DNA from: Sphaerodactylus townsendi
Taxonomy: Eukaryota
Assembly (NCBI RefSeq): GCF_021028975.2
Contig: NC_059427.1
Span: 125,488,001-125,552,000, forward strand
Length of the DNA stretch: 64,000 nucleotides
Reading direction: 5' to 3'
Part shown: positions 47,968-64,000 of the stretch, one piece after another
How positions within the stretch are numbered: the stretch's first letter is position 1
Layout: each line of letters begins with the position of its first letter
Position numbers and translations under genes: made by a program
The notes under the pieces: generated by a model
The model's database searches: none
The model's input: only the letters and a program-made list of their open reading frames with translations
Told to the model about the DNA's origin: nothing

Positions 47968-50900
47968 ATGGCTGCTCAGGCGCCTGGGTGGGCGAAGCTG
48001 TTCCTTGCAGAGTATCGTGTGGATACTTTCGCACAATGGCCTTTCAACGACGGCTGCCTTTGTACTCCGGAGCAGGTTAGAAGGGTGCAACCAAGAGGAT
48101 GCTCTGCTGCATGTTCCACTTCTTGCAGGCTCTCCTTTGAAAGGCAAACCAAAGTGGGAAGGCTTTGAACTCTAATAAGAAAACAGTGGCTAAACTGGGA
48201 TTTTATTGAGCGGGAGGTGAAGATGCTGCAGACTGGCACAGCCAGAAGTGTGGCCCAGAGAACCAGTTGATAGCCAGCTACGTGGAAAGAATATCCAGTT
48301 AGCCGCCAAGTGGGGACTAATTGGGTTTTTGTTTTGGTTTGTTGACTGTGCTTCCTGTTCTTGTGTTGCACTCTCTTCTAAGACAAATAAATCTTAAGAA
48401 ACATTTTTGAGCTCTTTAGTGCTTACCAAATTGCAAGAACCAGTATTACTCTACCCACATTGATACTAAGCCTATCTTGCAGGGCTGGTGTATTTATAGG
48501 TTAGTTTCCCACCACTGCGGCAAACCAGGAGGTTGGAAAGCCAAAGTTCTGCCAGTTGGGGAGAACTTGCTGACAAATGGTTTTATGTTATTTTTGCTGT
48601 AATGCTATCTTAAATATTTTATGTCAGTTCTCACATAGGTGTTTCTTATCATTTTGAAAATGGATGTTTTGATTATTCTGGTGAATCCATAAATGTTTAT
48701 GTATTATTTTCTTAACTGTAATTCCACAGAAGGCCAGTGCCAAGTAGTAATGAATGAATGGGATTTGATAAGTGTATGTGATTGAGAGATATATTGCTTC
48801 AGTACATAAGAAACTCTGGGCCATGGGAACGTGCAGTTAAGCAATCTCTCCTGTGCTTCCTGCTACGAAACTTAGGATATGTACCATGTCCTTGTTGAAT
48901 AATTCTCTTTGGGGAAAGGCCTTGGATCAGTGGTAGACAAGTTTTTGCCATGCAATTTCTGGCATTGCCATTGAGATCCAATACAGTGTAGTCAATAGAG
49001 TGATGCATTAGGACCTTGAATGGCCAAGGTTTAAATCCTCACATCTACCATAGCAGCTTGCTAGCAGATCTTGGGCCCATCATAAACCCTCAGCCTGGCC
49101 TATCTTACAGGGTTGCTGTGAGAAACTGGAGGGGAGAATGATGTTCTAACCTGTTTTAAATCCAAATGGGGGAGAAAAGTGAGATATAAATAAATAAATA
49201 AATAAATGAAACTGCATTTGAAAGGATCTGCTGGTAGGTGATGTGGAAGACCATCGCTTGTGATGCTGAAGAGCCATTGTCAGTCAAAGTAGACAAGACC
49301 GACCTGGGTGGAACTGATGGTCTGATTCAGTACAAAGCTGCTTCATGTGTTCATTTCCCAACCCAGATGGCAAAAGCTGGATTCATTCACTGTCCTGGTG
49401 ACAATGCCCCCGATGTGGTGCAGTGCTTCTTCTGTTTTAAAGAATTAGAGGGATGGGAGCCTGATGACGACCCTATGTGAGTATCTTGCAATCAGATTCT
49501 TGTTTGCTAGCCGAGATCTAGTGCTTAGGATGAAGTACGTTGATGTTGTTGAAAGTCAATGATTGATGTGAGCTCTACAAGATTTTTGCAGCCAGAATTA
49601 ACAGGGAGTCCGAATACAAGTGGTGGCCTTCACAGATCTCAGGATCCTGCCAACATCACTCCTGGTAACAAGTGAAAATAATCCATAAATGGACCAGATG
49701 GTACACCACACACTTCTGCTGCCTGAGCTGCATTACAACTGGTATCCAAATCTGAATGTATTTGAAAAAGTTGATCAGCAAAACAACTTGGTAAAAGTGT
49801 CACAACTTATCAGATTCTGAGAATTTAAAGACTTAAGAGTTGGCAGGTGTCGGACTACCAATGAGCCAGTTATGAACTAGCTGCTACAGTAGTGGAGAAA
49901 TAAGATTTATTTGCTGCTGTAATGCTTGCCTCACAGGCCTTCCAGTCAACTTTATAACTCATTGTGTCCAATCCACCTTTTCTCCGTCCTCTTTAAGTAA
50001 TCCAGTTCCATGGTAAATCAAGGTGTTAAAGGCTATATTGATGGTGGAAAGATGGGGGGGGGGGTCAAAGACCTTTCCGGGGCTTTGGGGTGGTAGCAAT
50101 GCCAAGCCCCGTGTTCTGAACCAGTACTCAACAGCACAAATCAGAATTGTTATAATTTTTATTTAAATGAAAGGTTGCAAAATAACAGCTTTAAAAATAG
50201 GCAGTGAATATAAAATCATACAGACTCACAACGAAACAATAAAGTACACTTATGTACTAAAAGAAATACTGGCTAAAACCATAATAGAAATCCATAGTGC
50301 TTAGGCAAAGTTCTTCAAGGAAAGTAGAGGCAAAAAAAGACCAAAGATAAAGAAAAAAATATCTGCTAACTCTAATGGGATTAATTTATGACAAAAGCTG
50401 GCCACACCAAATAATTACCAATTAATCAATTAGGTATCAAGTTAGTGAGAACTCTCTGGAAGATAAGCAAATTACCCATCCCTTTGAAACTTTCAATTAG
50501 GGCTTTTGTTGATCAGTTGAATCCAGCTCAAAATAACTGGAGATAACTCCATGTTCACAATGAGGAATCTGACCTTTGTGATGGTACAGCTTATCTCTAT
50601 CTAGAAGCACCTGCAACTAAGCTATGTGAAAAACATGAGAGACAAGATTTTTTAAAATAAAATTTACAAAACAAAAAACAAAATGGTGTCTCTTTGGGCA
50701 TAGCAATGTACAAGCAAAATAGTTATTCTCATCACTGTGGGGGAGGGGCAATTCTATGCATAGCCTCCTGGAACTTTCCCCTCCAACTAACATTGTCTCA
50801 TTGTTGCTGACCCTTCACCCTTCTAACTATTTGTGGCAGGCTCAGGCAGCTTCCGAACTATTCTGGGCAGGTTTCCCTGCTTTTGCAGTGACTGAGCTGT

Positions 50901-52363
50901 TTTGATGGTAGCGTATGAGGTGTTTTATGCTGGCTTGCTCAGCCTTGCAAACTCCAGAAAGGTGAAAAGAGCTTTTTTCCCCCTATGGAAAAAAAACCCT
51001 ATTCAAGGCACCACTGAGGCAAATTCAACAAACAAAAGTAACATTTATCGAAGAAACTAGATGGGATCAGGAACTATTTCAGTGGATGGAAATCAGGTGG
51101 GAATTAATTATACACAAATATCAGTTTTGGCACAGGCCCAGTTCTTAATCCAACTTTAAGTTTCTTCCATTGCTTAAATATGATGAGAAGTTCTTTACTT
51201 TAAGATGGTCCAGTAAGACATTAATGCACAGAACTGCACAGCCAGTCGTATTAAATGGATCAATCTTGACTGCGAGGCTTAACAGACTTTCCCTAACTGA
51301 CGCAGTGACAGCGACTGCTGTGTGCATATCCTCTGGAAGGCTCCCATGCTTGCAGAATGCCCAAGGCAAAAATGTTCAGGAAGGCCTTTTTACAAAGAGA
51401 TTAGAACAACAGTATAATGAAACAGTACAGGAGGTCACTTCTTGGCAGGGCTTCTTAACCTTTGCATGCCCATTGCTCTAATATTGTTTATCCTCTTAAT
51501 TTTTAGGGAAGAGCACCGAAAACACTCCCCCAGCTGTGTATTTCTTGCTCTCCAGAAGGATGTGGCCGACTTGAAAATGCACGAGTTCTTAAAACTGCAG
51601 AGGGAGAGAATGAAGAACTATACGGTATGGATGTCATGTCCCTGACCTTTTGAAACTAAAATTAATAGTTGTTTAAAACATTGATTAGCCATCTTTCTAC
51701 TTTTTATAAGAACTCATCATGGCTTACAATGTAAATAATAAAATACTTAAAATCACTAGTTTAAAAAAAATTGAAAATGGTAATAGGAAGAAAAACTAAT
51801 CAAACGCCATAAACTGTCTTCGGCTGCCTCCTTGACATCAAGAATGATGGGGTGAGGGGGCACCTCCCTGGGGGCTCCTTCCATAACCATAAGGCTATTA
51901 CTGAAAAGGGCTTCTCTTGTGTGTCCATCAAATGAGCTTCTTTAATGAAACAGTGATTTTAGTTCCCAAGCAGGACCATATGGGAGAAGATAGATAGTCT
52001 TTCAGATACCCTGGCCCTGAGCCATGTAACACATTGTCTCATGATCATAGACCCTTCTGCCTAATTTGCAAGCGATGTTTTCGTCACTGTGTTGTAACTA
52101 AGCCAATTTCTTCTTTGTATCTTGCCTGATATCACGATATCATATCGTTTGCCAGTTCTTTGCTGCTTTGAGTGAATTGTCATACCCATCCTTTCCACAG
52201 TAAAACCCTCTACAGTTTTTTCCCCTAGAACTGGAAATGCCTTATTTTAACAGGATTTTTTCCCTCTTGTCTTTCTTAGAAAAAGCTCGTCATGCAGAAA
52301 GCAAATGACTTTGGGAAGTATGTATCAAATGTGCGCTCGGAAATCAACCGACTTCTTAAATAA
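47968..52363 (+). CDS. BIRC5: Survivin, 139 aa; exons 47968-48075, 49367-49476, 51507-51624, 52280-52363
   Basis: BIR domain [15 protein letters not shown]|[29 protein letters not shown]|[10 protein letters not shown] plus the C-terminal helix; 420 nt in frame; AATAAA at 52520-52525. Confidence 0.97.
49226..49354 (+). mobile_element. CR1-type 3' tail abutting the BIRC5 exon 2 acceptor
   Basis: gtagacaagac..ggtctgattcagtacaaagctgcttcatgtgttca; a related inverted copy lies at ~54520-54615. Confidence 0.6.
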
Positions 52364-55300
52364 AACTCTGCACTCTTGGACATTGTGGGCTTATGGGTTG
52401 TTGAAGTGCTGCTTACTAACTGGCTGTGAGCAGATGGTAAATAGTTATGTGGCTGAATTTCTGCCCAAATGTTAAGAGCTTCCTGTTTCTCTTCTCTGTG
52501 GATACCGCCTTGTTTTTTTAATAAATATTATTCTCTTCAAATATTGTACTTGGTCCTGATGGGAAATTGTAGTCCATGAACATTTGAAGCACCAGAGTTG
52601 GACACCTCTGCCCTACAGGCTGAATAAAGAGGTCTGCAAGTTTCTTTTCGTCCCAGTGGGTGTTGGGGGGTGGGGCACACCAGTAGCCATAATCCCCTCT
52701 CAGCCCTCTGACTGCATCCTCTGATTGGCTTGCTCCCCTCATAGCCTTAAATCAAAAGGGAAGGGATTTGTTGCCACCCAGGCTGGGCTTCTTTTGCCAG
52801 TTCCCATCCTGTACTCTCTGACATTGGTGGTGCGGTGCTTCCTCATCTGGTCCTTTTAAAGAGAATGCAGCAAATTGTTTGTGTTCTCTCATGCAAACTT
52901 CCTGTCTTTTAAGAGGCCAGGCCTTCTCCCTGCTGCTGTTTTAAGTTGACCACTCCTCAACTTGAGGTGAGGTGGCAAGTCAGAAGCCTCGTTTGAGCAG
53001 TTACCTCCTTCTACCCAAAGTACCTAGCAATGAGTTCCCAGTCCCGAGGTGGAACAGTGCTCTGATACCCTAAGATAACAAGCCAGGGAGCTGCATTGTA
53101 TAAATGGGATATCTATGGTGATTTCCGCACAGCATAATTATAGCATCTTGAGGATGTTATTTAGATGTTTTGGGGGGAAGTTTGCACAGCCTTCTCTCCC
53201 AAAAGGTTTTCAGGCCACTTTATTTTTATCAACCTGGGTTTTTTGAAAACTGATTAATTAGTGATCTTTTTTCCCCCTTAAAATGAGTTGAAAACATTTC
53301 CTGCTTGTCCTGTGTGAATTCTTGGGCTGGTCAGAACCTCTGGATACCAGTTTGCTGCTGGTATTGATACACAGAAAGAAGTGGGGAGCAGAAGGGAGAG
53401 AAACCTTGCTGGAGACCTGAGTAACCTATTTCTTGCAGTGCAGAAAGCCTTTCTTACCACGAGGACCAATAGTTGGGTGTTGAGCAATGACAACATTTTG
53501 TAGGAAGATGGTGTTTGCACTATAACTTCCAATGGAGCTTGTGCCTAGTTCTTATTTTTATTCACACAGAACTTTTCCTCCAGTGGACCCAAAGAAGAAT
53601 CCAACATCAATTTCCAATGTATCCTTATGACCACCACCCAGCGAGGTAGATTATGTTAAGAGAGACCGCGAGTCTGGCTCAGGATCATACAGTGAGTTTC
53701 CATTCCAGAGTAGAGATTTCAGCCTTGGTCTACCAACTGCTAGTCTGACACTTTATCCACTATGCCAGAAGTCCCCAACATTGTGCTTATGGGCACCATG
53801 GCACCCAAGGACACTGTTCCTGGTATTCATCAAATATGTTCAGGAAGTAGGTGGGGCTTTCTGGGGATATAATTGCTTTGGCCACTGGGGATAAAACTGC
53901 TTTGGCAGTAGCTGCCTCTATAACACACAGTCTTCTCTTTCTAGGAAATTCTAAAAAAGAATGCTAATATGTCAATAGTGAGGTAAATGGATTAGTTTCC
54001 AGTGAATAGCATAAGATTAATTTGTCTTCACCTCTTGCCAAAAATTATATGATAATTGGTCTCATCCATAACATGTGTCAAATTGGCTTTTAGGTGCTGG
54101 AGATGTAAGCAGCTGAGCCTGAAAGTGCCATTTTAAAGAGTTTGTGAAGCACCTAATAATGGAGAAGAATATGTTTTTATATTGTAATCTGAAGAAGTTG
54201 AATATACAATAATTCTTGCATTATTTTCTGCATTTGCAAATTCCATTCCGTTTTCAACTAGGTCATAGTTCTTTGATTGCAGTGTCATGATGCGCTTTTA
54301 AATAAGCATACAGCAGTGTTGTGATCCAACTGATCATACGATGTATGTATGTCATATGATTCTGGGTTTAGCCAGATGAAAGATTTACCTGCAGTTTTTT
54401 AATGTCAGGGTTTCCCCAAAGCATCAACTCTACATATACATTTGGATCACATTTTTGAGCTAGTTCAATACCCTTTTGTATTCTTTCAGTTCTGACTGGC
54501 CATTGATAAATTCTTAGAACAAACATAGAAAACTGCCCCTTACTGAGTGAGATTATTGGTCTAACAAGGTTAGTAACTGTCTAGTAGCTGTTCTCCAGGC
54601 AGAGGCCTCTCACATCACCTGTGACCCAATCATTTTGGGGATTGAACCTGCCTGCGACTCTGAATCCAAAGCGGGTGTTCTACCACTGAGCCGTGGTGTG
54701 TAGCCCTTCAGCAAGGCAACTCTTGGGTTCCTCAAGGATAACCTTCCTAGTGTTTCCTCTGTGACTGAGTGCTGAGGTCTAAGCAGAAGTACTATTCTAT
54801 CACATTCAATGGAGACAACTATTTGCAGTGTGTAGCCAGAACATGAACAAGCTGAGTAATGTGAACGTGTAGTCAAATACCAAAATACAGTGTCTTCCTG
54901 CCATTCCAGGTTACTCTGTTTGGAGCATAGTAATGTGTCATTTGAGAAAGAGCTATGGTATTGGCAGTGTATTAAACAAGTAACTACTTGTCAACATGAA
55001 GTTACTTCCAAGTAAATGTTTCATCCTATTAACATCCATAGGAATTACATAGTTGAGAGGGATGCAGGAGTTGTATTTGTGTGAAATAGCTTTAGGAAAA
55101 GGGGAGTCTGGCCAGAGTTTCTGCCTAAGGAGGGAGTATTGCATAACTGGTCCCAAGTTCTGCCACTTCTTCCCAAGTGTCTTTTTGAAAGGAATGATGG
55201 TATGAATCAAGACTAGAATTGGTGACCATTCACTGCTATGATCATATCTGGTAGGAACTAATTTTCTTATTGCTGAATGGGGAGGTGTTCTTGCACAGCA

Positions 55301-55541
55301 ACCGTGTCAACTGCAGGCACCTAATCACATTGTGAAAGTTGACTGAGAGGTCACCAAATCTTTCTTCCAGAGATGACAGGATAAACTAGACATTTCTGTC
55401 TGTTAGCCTGTCTGGGGGATTGTAAGCACTTTCTGTTGAGAGCTGGCAATGAACTAGCAGTGCTGCTGCATTTTCCAGATGAGATTTAACTTTGTGCTTT
55501 CATTTGGTGGTGAAGGCATACTGGCCCCCTAGAACATAAGC

Positions 55542-55795
55542 CAGTGATGGCGAACCTAGCTTGATTCTGCTGGTGTGTCACCCTCCACCTCAAACAAAAG
55601 GGAAACAATTATTTATATATTAATTCATTAAAAATATATATATAGTCCAACCATGAGAGGTGCTATGTATTATATAAAGAGATATCTATACAAAAATGAC
55701 TCATACTTCAAACAGGAAGGATAGTTGTCATGTATTGGTGAATGCTGGTGTATCACCCAAAATGTCATAGATGTGTCATAGGTTCGCCATCACTG
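55542..55795. mobile_element. hAT-type MITE
   Basis: Perfect 17-bp TIR cagtgatggcgaaccta / taggttcgccatcactg; TSD not clear. Confidence 0.75.
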
Positions 55796-58700
55796 GCATG
55801 CACCAACAGAAGAAATAACAGGCTCTTGTTGAAACGGCTCTTCAACAAGCACTTTTAGTAAATCCTATTTTGGTTGTCTAGCACCAAGTTCTACAGTAGC
55901 TGTTGTCCTTTTTGCCAGAACCAGCATAGCCGGAGGCAGAGGGGGGTGACCTAAAAGGAGGACTTCGGGGTACCCTTAAAGGGCAGCCAATAGAATGTCC
56001 TTGTTACAGTAGCAAGGGGGCAATGGTGCCTTTTCTCACTGAGAAACTCTCTTAGACCAAGGATTCCCCGGACAGTACTCTGGTAACCAACTGCCACCAC
56101 TCACGACCTCCTGGGAATGTCTAGACTGACCTGCTGAGAGAATAATCTTCCATGACTATGCTACAGCAATAACAAAATATAACCAACATTGTAGCATCAT
56201 GTAGTCTAGCACAGGGGGGAAGAGATTAAGAGAAAATGTTCTCAGAGGAATAGACTGTTGTGACTGAAACCAAAAGAATGTCTTTATAAAAAGGTTTACT
56301 GTAAAGCAGAGGAATAGAAGAAAAGGGAAAGGGTAGCTGGATTAAAAATGGGTGGGAAAAGGATAGAACAAAAAAGAGAAACACACAACAACAACACAGA
56401 TATTCAGATGAAAAGCAATACAGTTGAACTAACCAAATACTTTTTACCTATGATGAGCAGGTTCCTCAAAGTATGCAATTATTTAATGTTAAGAGATTGA
56501 AGGCGTGGTGAGCTCCAACCCAAGCTCCTGTGAGCCCAGTTTCCACTGAAGACAATAGAAATCCCTAATGTCCAGATATTTGTGCTAAGTAGAGTTGGAC
56601 CTAAGCCATCCTCCTTTTTAAGAGTGACAAATTGATTTCTCCAATCCCATACAAATCTCTGACCCTGACGTCTGAAGCTACTTTTACCAGTCACAGGCAT
56701 ACGCAATATAGTTCCACCCCCATCAAACACTGATGGATCTGAACTTTCATGACAAATAGGTAGTCCGGCCCAGATTGGATTGTCATTTGTCCAAAAGAGA
56801 TTACATCTGCCAGGATAGTTCAATGTGGAATGGAAATAAATGGCTCATTCTAATGGAATCTATTGGGGCCCCAAGATTCCAGAAACTCTAGACACTCTTG
56901 AGCTTTAGTAAGTTTTAGGGTTTCTGTTATAGTTCTATTTTGCATCAGAATACCTAGGACTATCCGTGTTCATGGCTGAAGACATGGCTGAACAAACTTT
57001 AGCAGGGGGTGGGGGTTTTTTTTGTTACAATTGGCCTTTCCGTAGGTCAACTTCCTGTACCACCATGGCCTGTATTGCAGTGAATAAACAGGATGTCACT
57101 CTCAGTAGTGGATGTGTGGAGCTACAACTAACAAGGGGTTGCAGGTTGAATGAACCCAGATCATAGCTGTGCTGAGTCTCTTCAGCAAGAAATTAGAAAT
57201 GTTTGATAAGTATGTGTATCGGGAGATGTTGTGTCTCAAAGGAGGCAGCAGTCCTCTGCCATGGGTAAATTGGTAGGGACTGTATGATTTGAATTTTCCC
57301 GCAGGCTTTTCCTTGGAAGGCCATTAATCACAAGATTCCGGTTTCGAACTTATTGAATAAATGAGTGTCTTTAAGCTCGTGCAGCGTGCCTTTCTTCAAG
57401 AATATAACAAGAGGCTTGCTGACTCAAAACAGTGGTCCAGGTAGTCTAGCTGGCAAGGCATCTCGGAAAGCCCACAACTGAGGCCAGTTCCTTCCTATGT
57501 TGTTGCCAATCAGGTGCATATTGCCTAGAACACAGAGGTCCCATTTAACTATCCATGAGTTTGCTGAATCCTTTTCAGAAACCCTCATAGCTAATGTCCA
57601 TCAGCAAAACACTCTATCGCCCACCAGGCCATGTCAGAACTCCATGTGTGCCTGCAGGCTCCAAAAGGTTGGAGACCCCCGTCATACCCCTTTGACTTTC
57701 CCTGCTCCCTTAGCTTTCTGAACTACACAGTAAGCCCCCCTGTCTTGGCCGAGATGCTTCTAGCATTTACATGAAAGTGACTGTACCAGTTGGTTTCCGT
57801 ATCCAATAGCCTTAGTCATGCAAGTTTTCTCCCTGTGACCTGTGGTCTCCTGCCATAATCTCACTGTCAAATCCTATCTTGTCTCTATGCAGATTAGCCT
57901 GTCTAGTTACCTTTTCATCATTTCAGGATGACTCACTCCTAAAACAAATGCTGTCTTGAGGTTTGTTTGAAGCTGTTCTGCAGTCCTTTAAAAATACTTA
58001 ATGGCACTAGATTGGTTCTATTTCAGGTAAAGAGGAGCCCAAATTTTCGTATCCGGTCAGCTTGCCTTCAACCATCTCCAAGGTCTAGCAGCCTAAATTG
58101 AAATTTTTCCTCCTGCTATGGTTATTACATCCAGTATTGTCAGCTGTCTGGGTAACCTTTCATGTGCAACAAAGAGTTCTGAAGTGCTACTTTGGAGGTC
58201 CTGAGTTTTAACCTGCTGTCTAGCAACATTTCACATCTCCACGACCTCCCTTACCTCTGGGCTTCCCTTTTGAGCAGACCTAAGCCATAGCATTTCTCCC
58301 TTTAAAAATGAAACCTTTTGAATCCTTCAGTGTGCTGTCACATGGACTCAAAGCAAGGAAGAAGTGGGATGATGGATTTGGGATTGGGATTGGCCCAGAT
58401 TGGCTGTAGGGAACCCATGTGCATGATTAAAGCAATAGCACAGTCTGAGAATGTCTTCCTGGGACTTGCACTGCAGGGTTGCGGAATAAAAATCTTGACA
58501 TGTTCTTTAGAGATTCCTACCCACTCTTTCTTGTAAGACTGCTGCCCAACTTCATCAGACATTTTGCCCCGGGCACCATTCCCCGCCCCTCCCCATGCCA
58601 CTGCTTAGCCACCGGGCAGGTGTAGTGATGAGTCTTGGTTTAGGTAGCTTAAGAAGAAGACTAGACAAATTCATATGGGATACATTCACCAATCACGGTT

Positions 58701-59129
58701 ACTATTTGTAGTGGTTGAACGGATCTCTGGCATTAATCCATTACATCCCAGGGTGCGGGGGATGTCCCATTAGGATGGAATAGGCTGCTTGCTTAAGTCT
58801 GGAGGTTCTTCTATTCTTATGGGATGTACTTAGGAGTAAATGCATAGACAGGATTGGATGGCAAGTTTCTCCTGTTCTTGCCCTGACATCTCAGCCTGGC
58901 CAATGGAGCATTTCCTCCCAGGCTGGCAGAGAGAGTCAGCGTCGTGTAGGAGTTCAGAGTGGCAGATTCTAATCTGGAGGGGCGGGTTGGATTCTCCACT
59001 CCTCCACAAGAAGCCTGCTGGATGACTTTGGAGCAGTCACAGTTCTCTCAGAACTCTCTCAGTGCCTGCAGAGACAGACAAGCACCTCTGAACTTCCATT
59101 GCTTTGGAAACCCCATGAATCGGCTGTAA

Positions 59130-62184
<3,055 letters not shown>

Positions 62185-62830
62185 GTGAGTGATGCCATCA
62201 TCAGAGTGGTGGTTGACTGGTGGTGGTGGGAGCCGATTTGCCTTTCTAGGATTTGCTGCACAGGACAAAATGTCTTTGAATTCTTGCTCACATCTGGCTG
62301 TTAAGAGTGAATTTGGCAGAACCTATTGTTAGTGCCAGGTTGCAGCTGCCAGTTGACTAGAGAGTAGTAACTGTCAAGGTGCCAGACAATGGCTATTTGT
62401 GTTCTTATTGCCATGGGAACTGTGTTCTCATTACTACCTCCTGACCGGTTCTCTTCCTAGTCTTTCAGTTTCTTTGCTTAGTTGAGGCTTCAATGCGATG
62501 AGCCACAGTGGCACAAATACTATTCAGAAACTTTGTGCTGCCTGGTCCTCACAGACAGTGTGTCAGTTGCCAGAGAGATCTTGCTAAGACTTCAATAAGT
62601 TCTGGTGGCAGTTTTTTGTTAACCATATCAACAGGATACAACTAGCGTGCCAGGCTAGGGCATGTCTTTGCACACTGACGTCATTTAGAGGTGGTTTGAA
62701 TGAAATAGATATGTGGCATTGCCAGTCCCGTTGGGAATGTACCATTCCAGACTGGGAGATTACATATGTGAATGCTCCTCCACATAAAAAAAAAACCACA
62801 CACCCTGTTTTTGGAAAACTAATATGTAAA

Positions 62831-63315
62831 GGAAGAAGAATAAGAATTTGGATTTACTGTGTTTCCCCGAATATAAGACAGTGTCTTATATTAATTTTTG
62901 CTCCCAAAGATGTACTATGTCTTATTTTCAGGGGATGTCTTCTATTTCTGTACTCTGTTCGTCAGGCATCCTTCCAAACAAAAACTTTGCTACGTCTTAC
63001 TTTTGGGGGATGCCTTATATTTCGTACTTCAGCAAAACCTCTACTACGTCTTATTTTCCGGGGATGTCTTATATTCGGGGAAACAGGGTATATCCCTCTT
63101 TCTCTCCTATACCTCTCCTTTCTCTCCCGCTGAAAGTGGTTTACAAGCTCCTTTCCCTTCCTCTCCCCACAGCAGACCCCTTGTGAGGTAGGTGGGGCTG
63201 AGAGAGTTCTGAACGAACTGTGACTAGCCCAAAGTCACCCAGCGGGAATGTAGGAGTGGGGAAACACATCTGGTTCACCAGATTAGAGTCCATCTGCTCT
63301 TAACCACTATACCAC
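62831..63315 (-). mobile_element. tRNA-derived squamate SINE interrupted by a MITE
   Basis: Tail gaagaagaataagaatttggatt-TA resumes as TA-tatccctctttctctcc after 63088. Confidence 0.75.
62857..63088. mobile_element. Tc1/mariner-superfamily (Tc2/pogo-like) MITE
   Basis: TIR core tgtttccccgaatataagaca at both ends; TA duplication; three internal gtcttattttc.ggggatgtctt units. Confidence 0.8.
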
Positions 63316-64000
63316 TATAGTGACTTGCAAGTTTTTAAAGTACATTTCACCATCTGGAATTTGAAGTGGAATTATTCCATCAGGGTTGTCCTATATGATA
63401 ACCAATTTAGTATCATTAGTATAATAGGCATTCTATAGAATATATGACACTGTCGAGGCTCAGAGAGTTAACCATCTAAGTTGAAAAAAGGAAAACATTA
63501 GCAAACATAGCCTGCTAAACGAATACTGAGAAATGGTAAATGGGAGCTATCTTCTAAGCCGAAAAAATGGAGGTGTGGGGGCTATGGTTGGCAGGACCCC
63601 CTTTGGCCCAGATCTCATCAGTGTTCCACGAGTTCATTTCATTTGAGCAGCCAGGAACTTTTCTGGAGCTTGACCACTCAAGTCTTCTGCAGGCTTCCTA
63701 GGAATCCGATGGGTAAAGGAAACAAGAAACTCTGAACAACCGGTTCACCCTGTAAAGCAATCAGCATTTAAAAGTCTGTGTCTTCACCCGTGACCTTCCA
63801 ACCTTTGATCAGAGTGGATCAGTGGTACAGTCGCTGACTACTGTCCTCCAGATCATCTGTGATTTACTTCATTCCACAATATTTTATCTTTAGTGGGATT
63901 CTAGGGACCTAAGTCTACAACTCATAGTGTGCAGGAACCGATATTTACTGTAACAGCCTCAGCTTCTGTGTTCTGTAGCAATTGAGTTCAGAAGCAGGTC

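Noticed and set aside
62910-63075. Regularly spaced repeats resembling a CRISPR array
   Set aside because: Three internal units of a eukaryotic MITE bounded by TIRs; no cas context.

Overview
Vertebrate genomic DNA. The repeat content points to a squamate, probably a gecko (inference). The gene order matches my recollection of human 17q25.3: TMC8 (3' seven coding exons, +), SYNGR2 (+, 226 aa), TK1 (-, 234 aa), AFMID (+, 291 aa), BIRC5/survivin (+, 139 aa) and TMEM235 (first three coding exons, +). All exon chains were assembled by hand and stay in frame. Introns and intergenic DNA hold a 5'-truncated Penelope-like element (RT plus GIY-YIG), CR1 and L2 fragments, several SINE types, and hAT, Harbinger and Tc2-like MITEs. 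Four observations stand out. (1) A ~270-bp Penelope-derived palindrome in SYNGR2 intron 3 carries a minimal hammerhead ribozyme on each strand, and only the sense-strand copy has a broken stem II. (2) A candidate decayed synaptogyrin paralogue lies on the minus strand where mammals have C17orf99. (3) A 335-bp, ~97% identical inverted duplication has copies 21 kb apart. (4) TK1 intron 1 is GC-AG. Orthologue comparisons are from memory; no database search was run.
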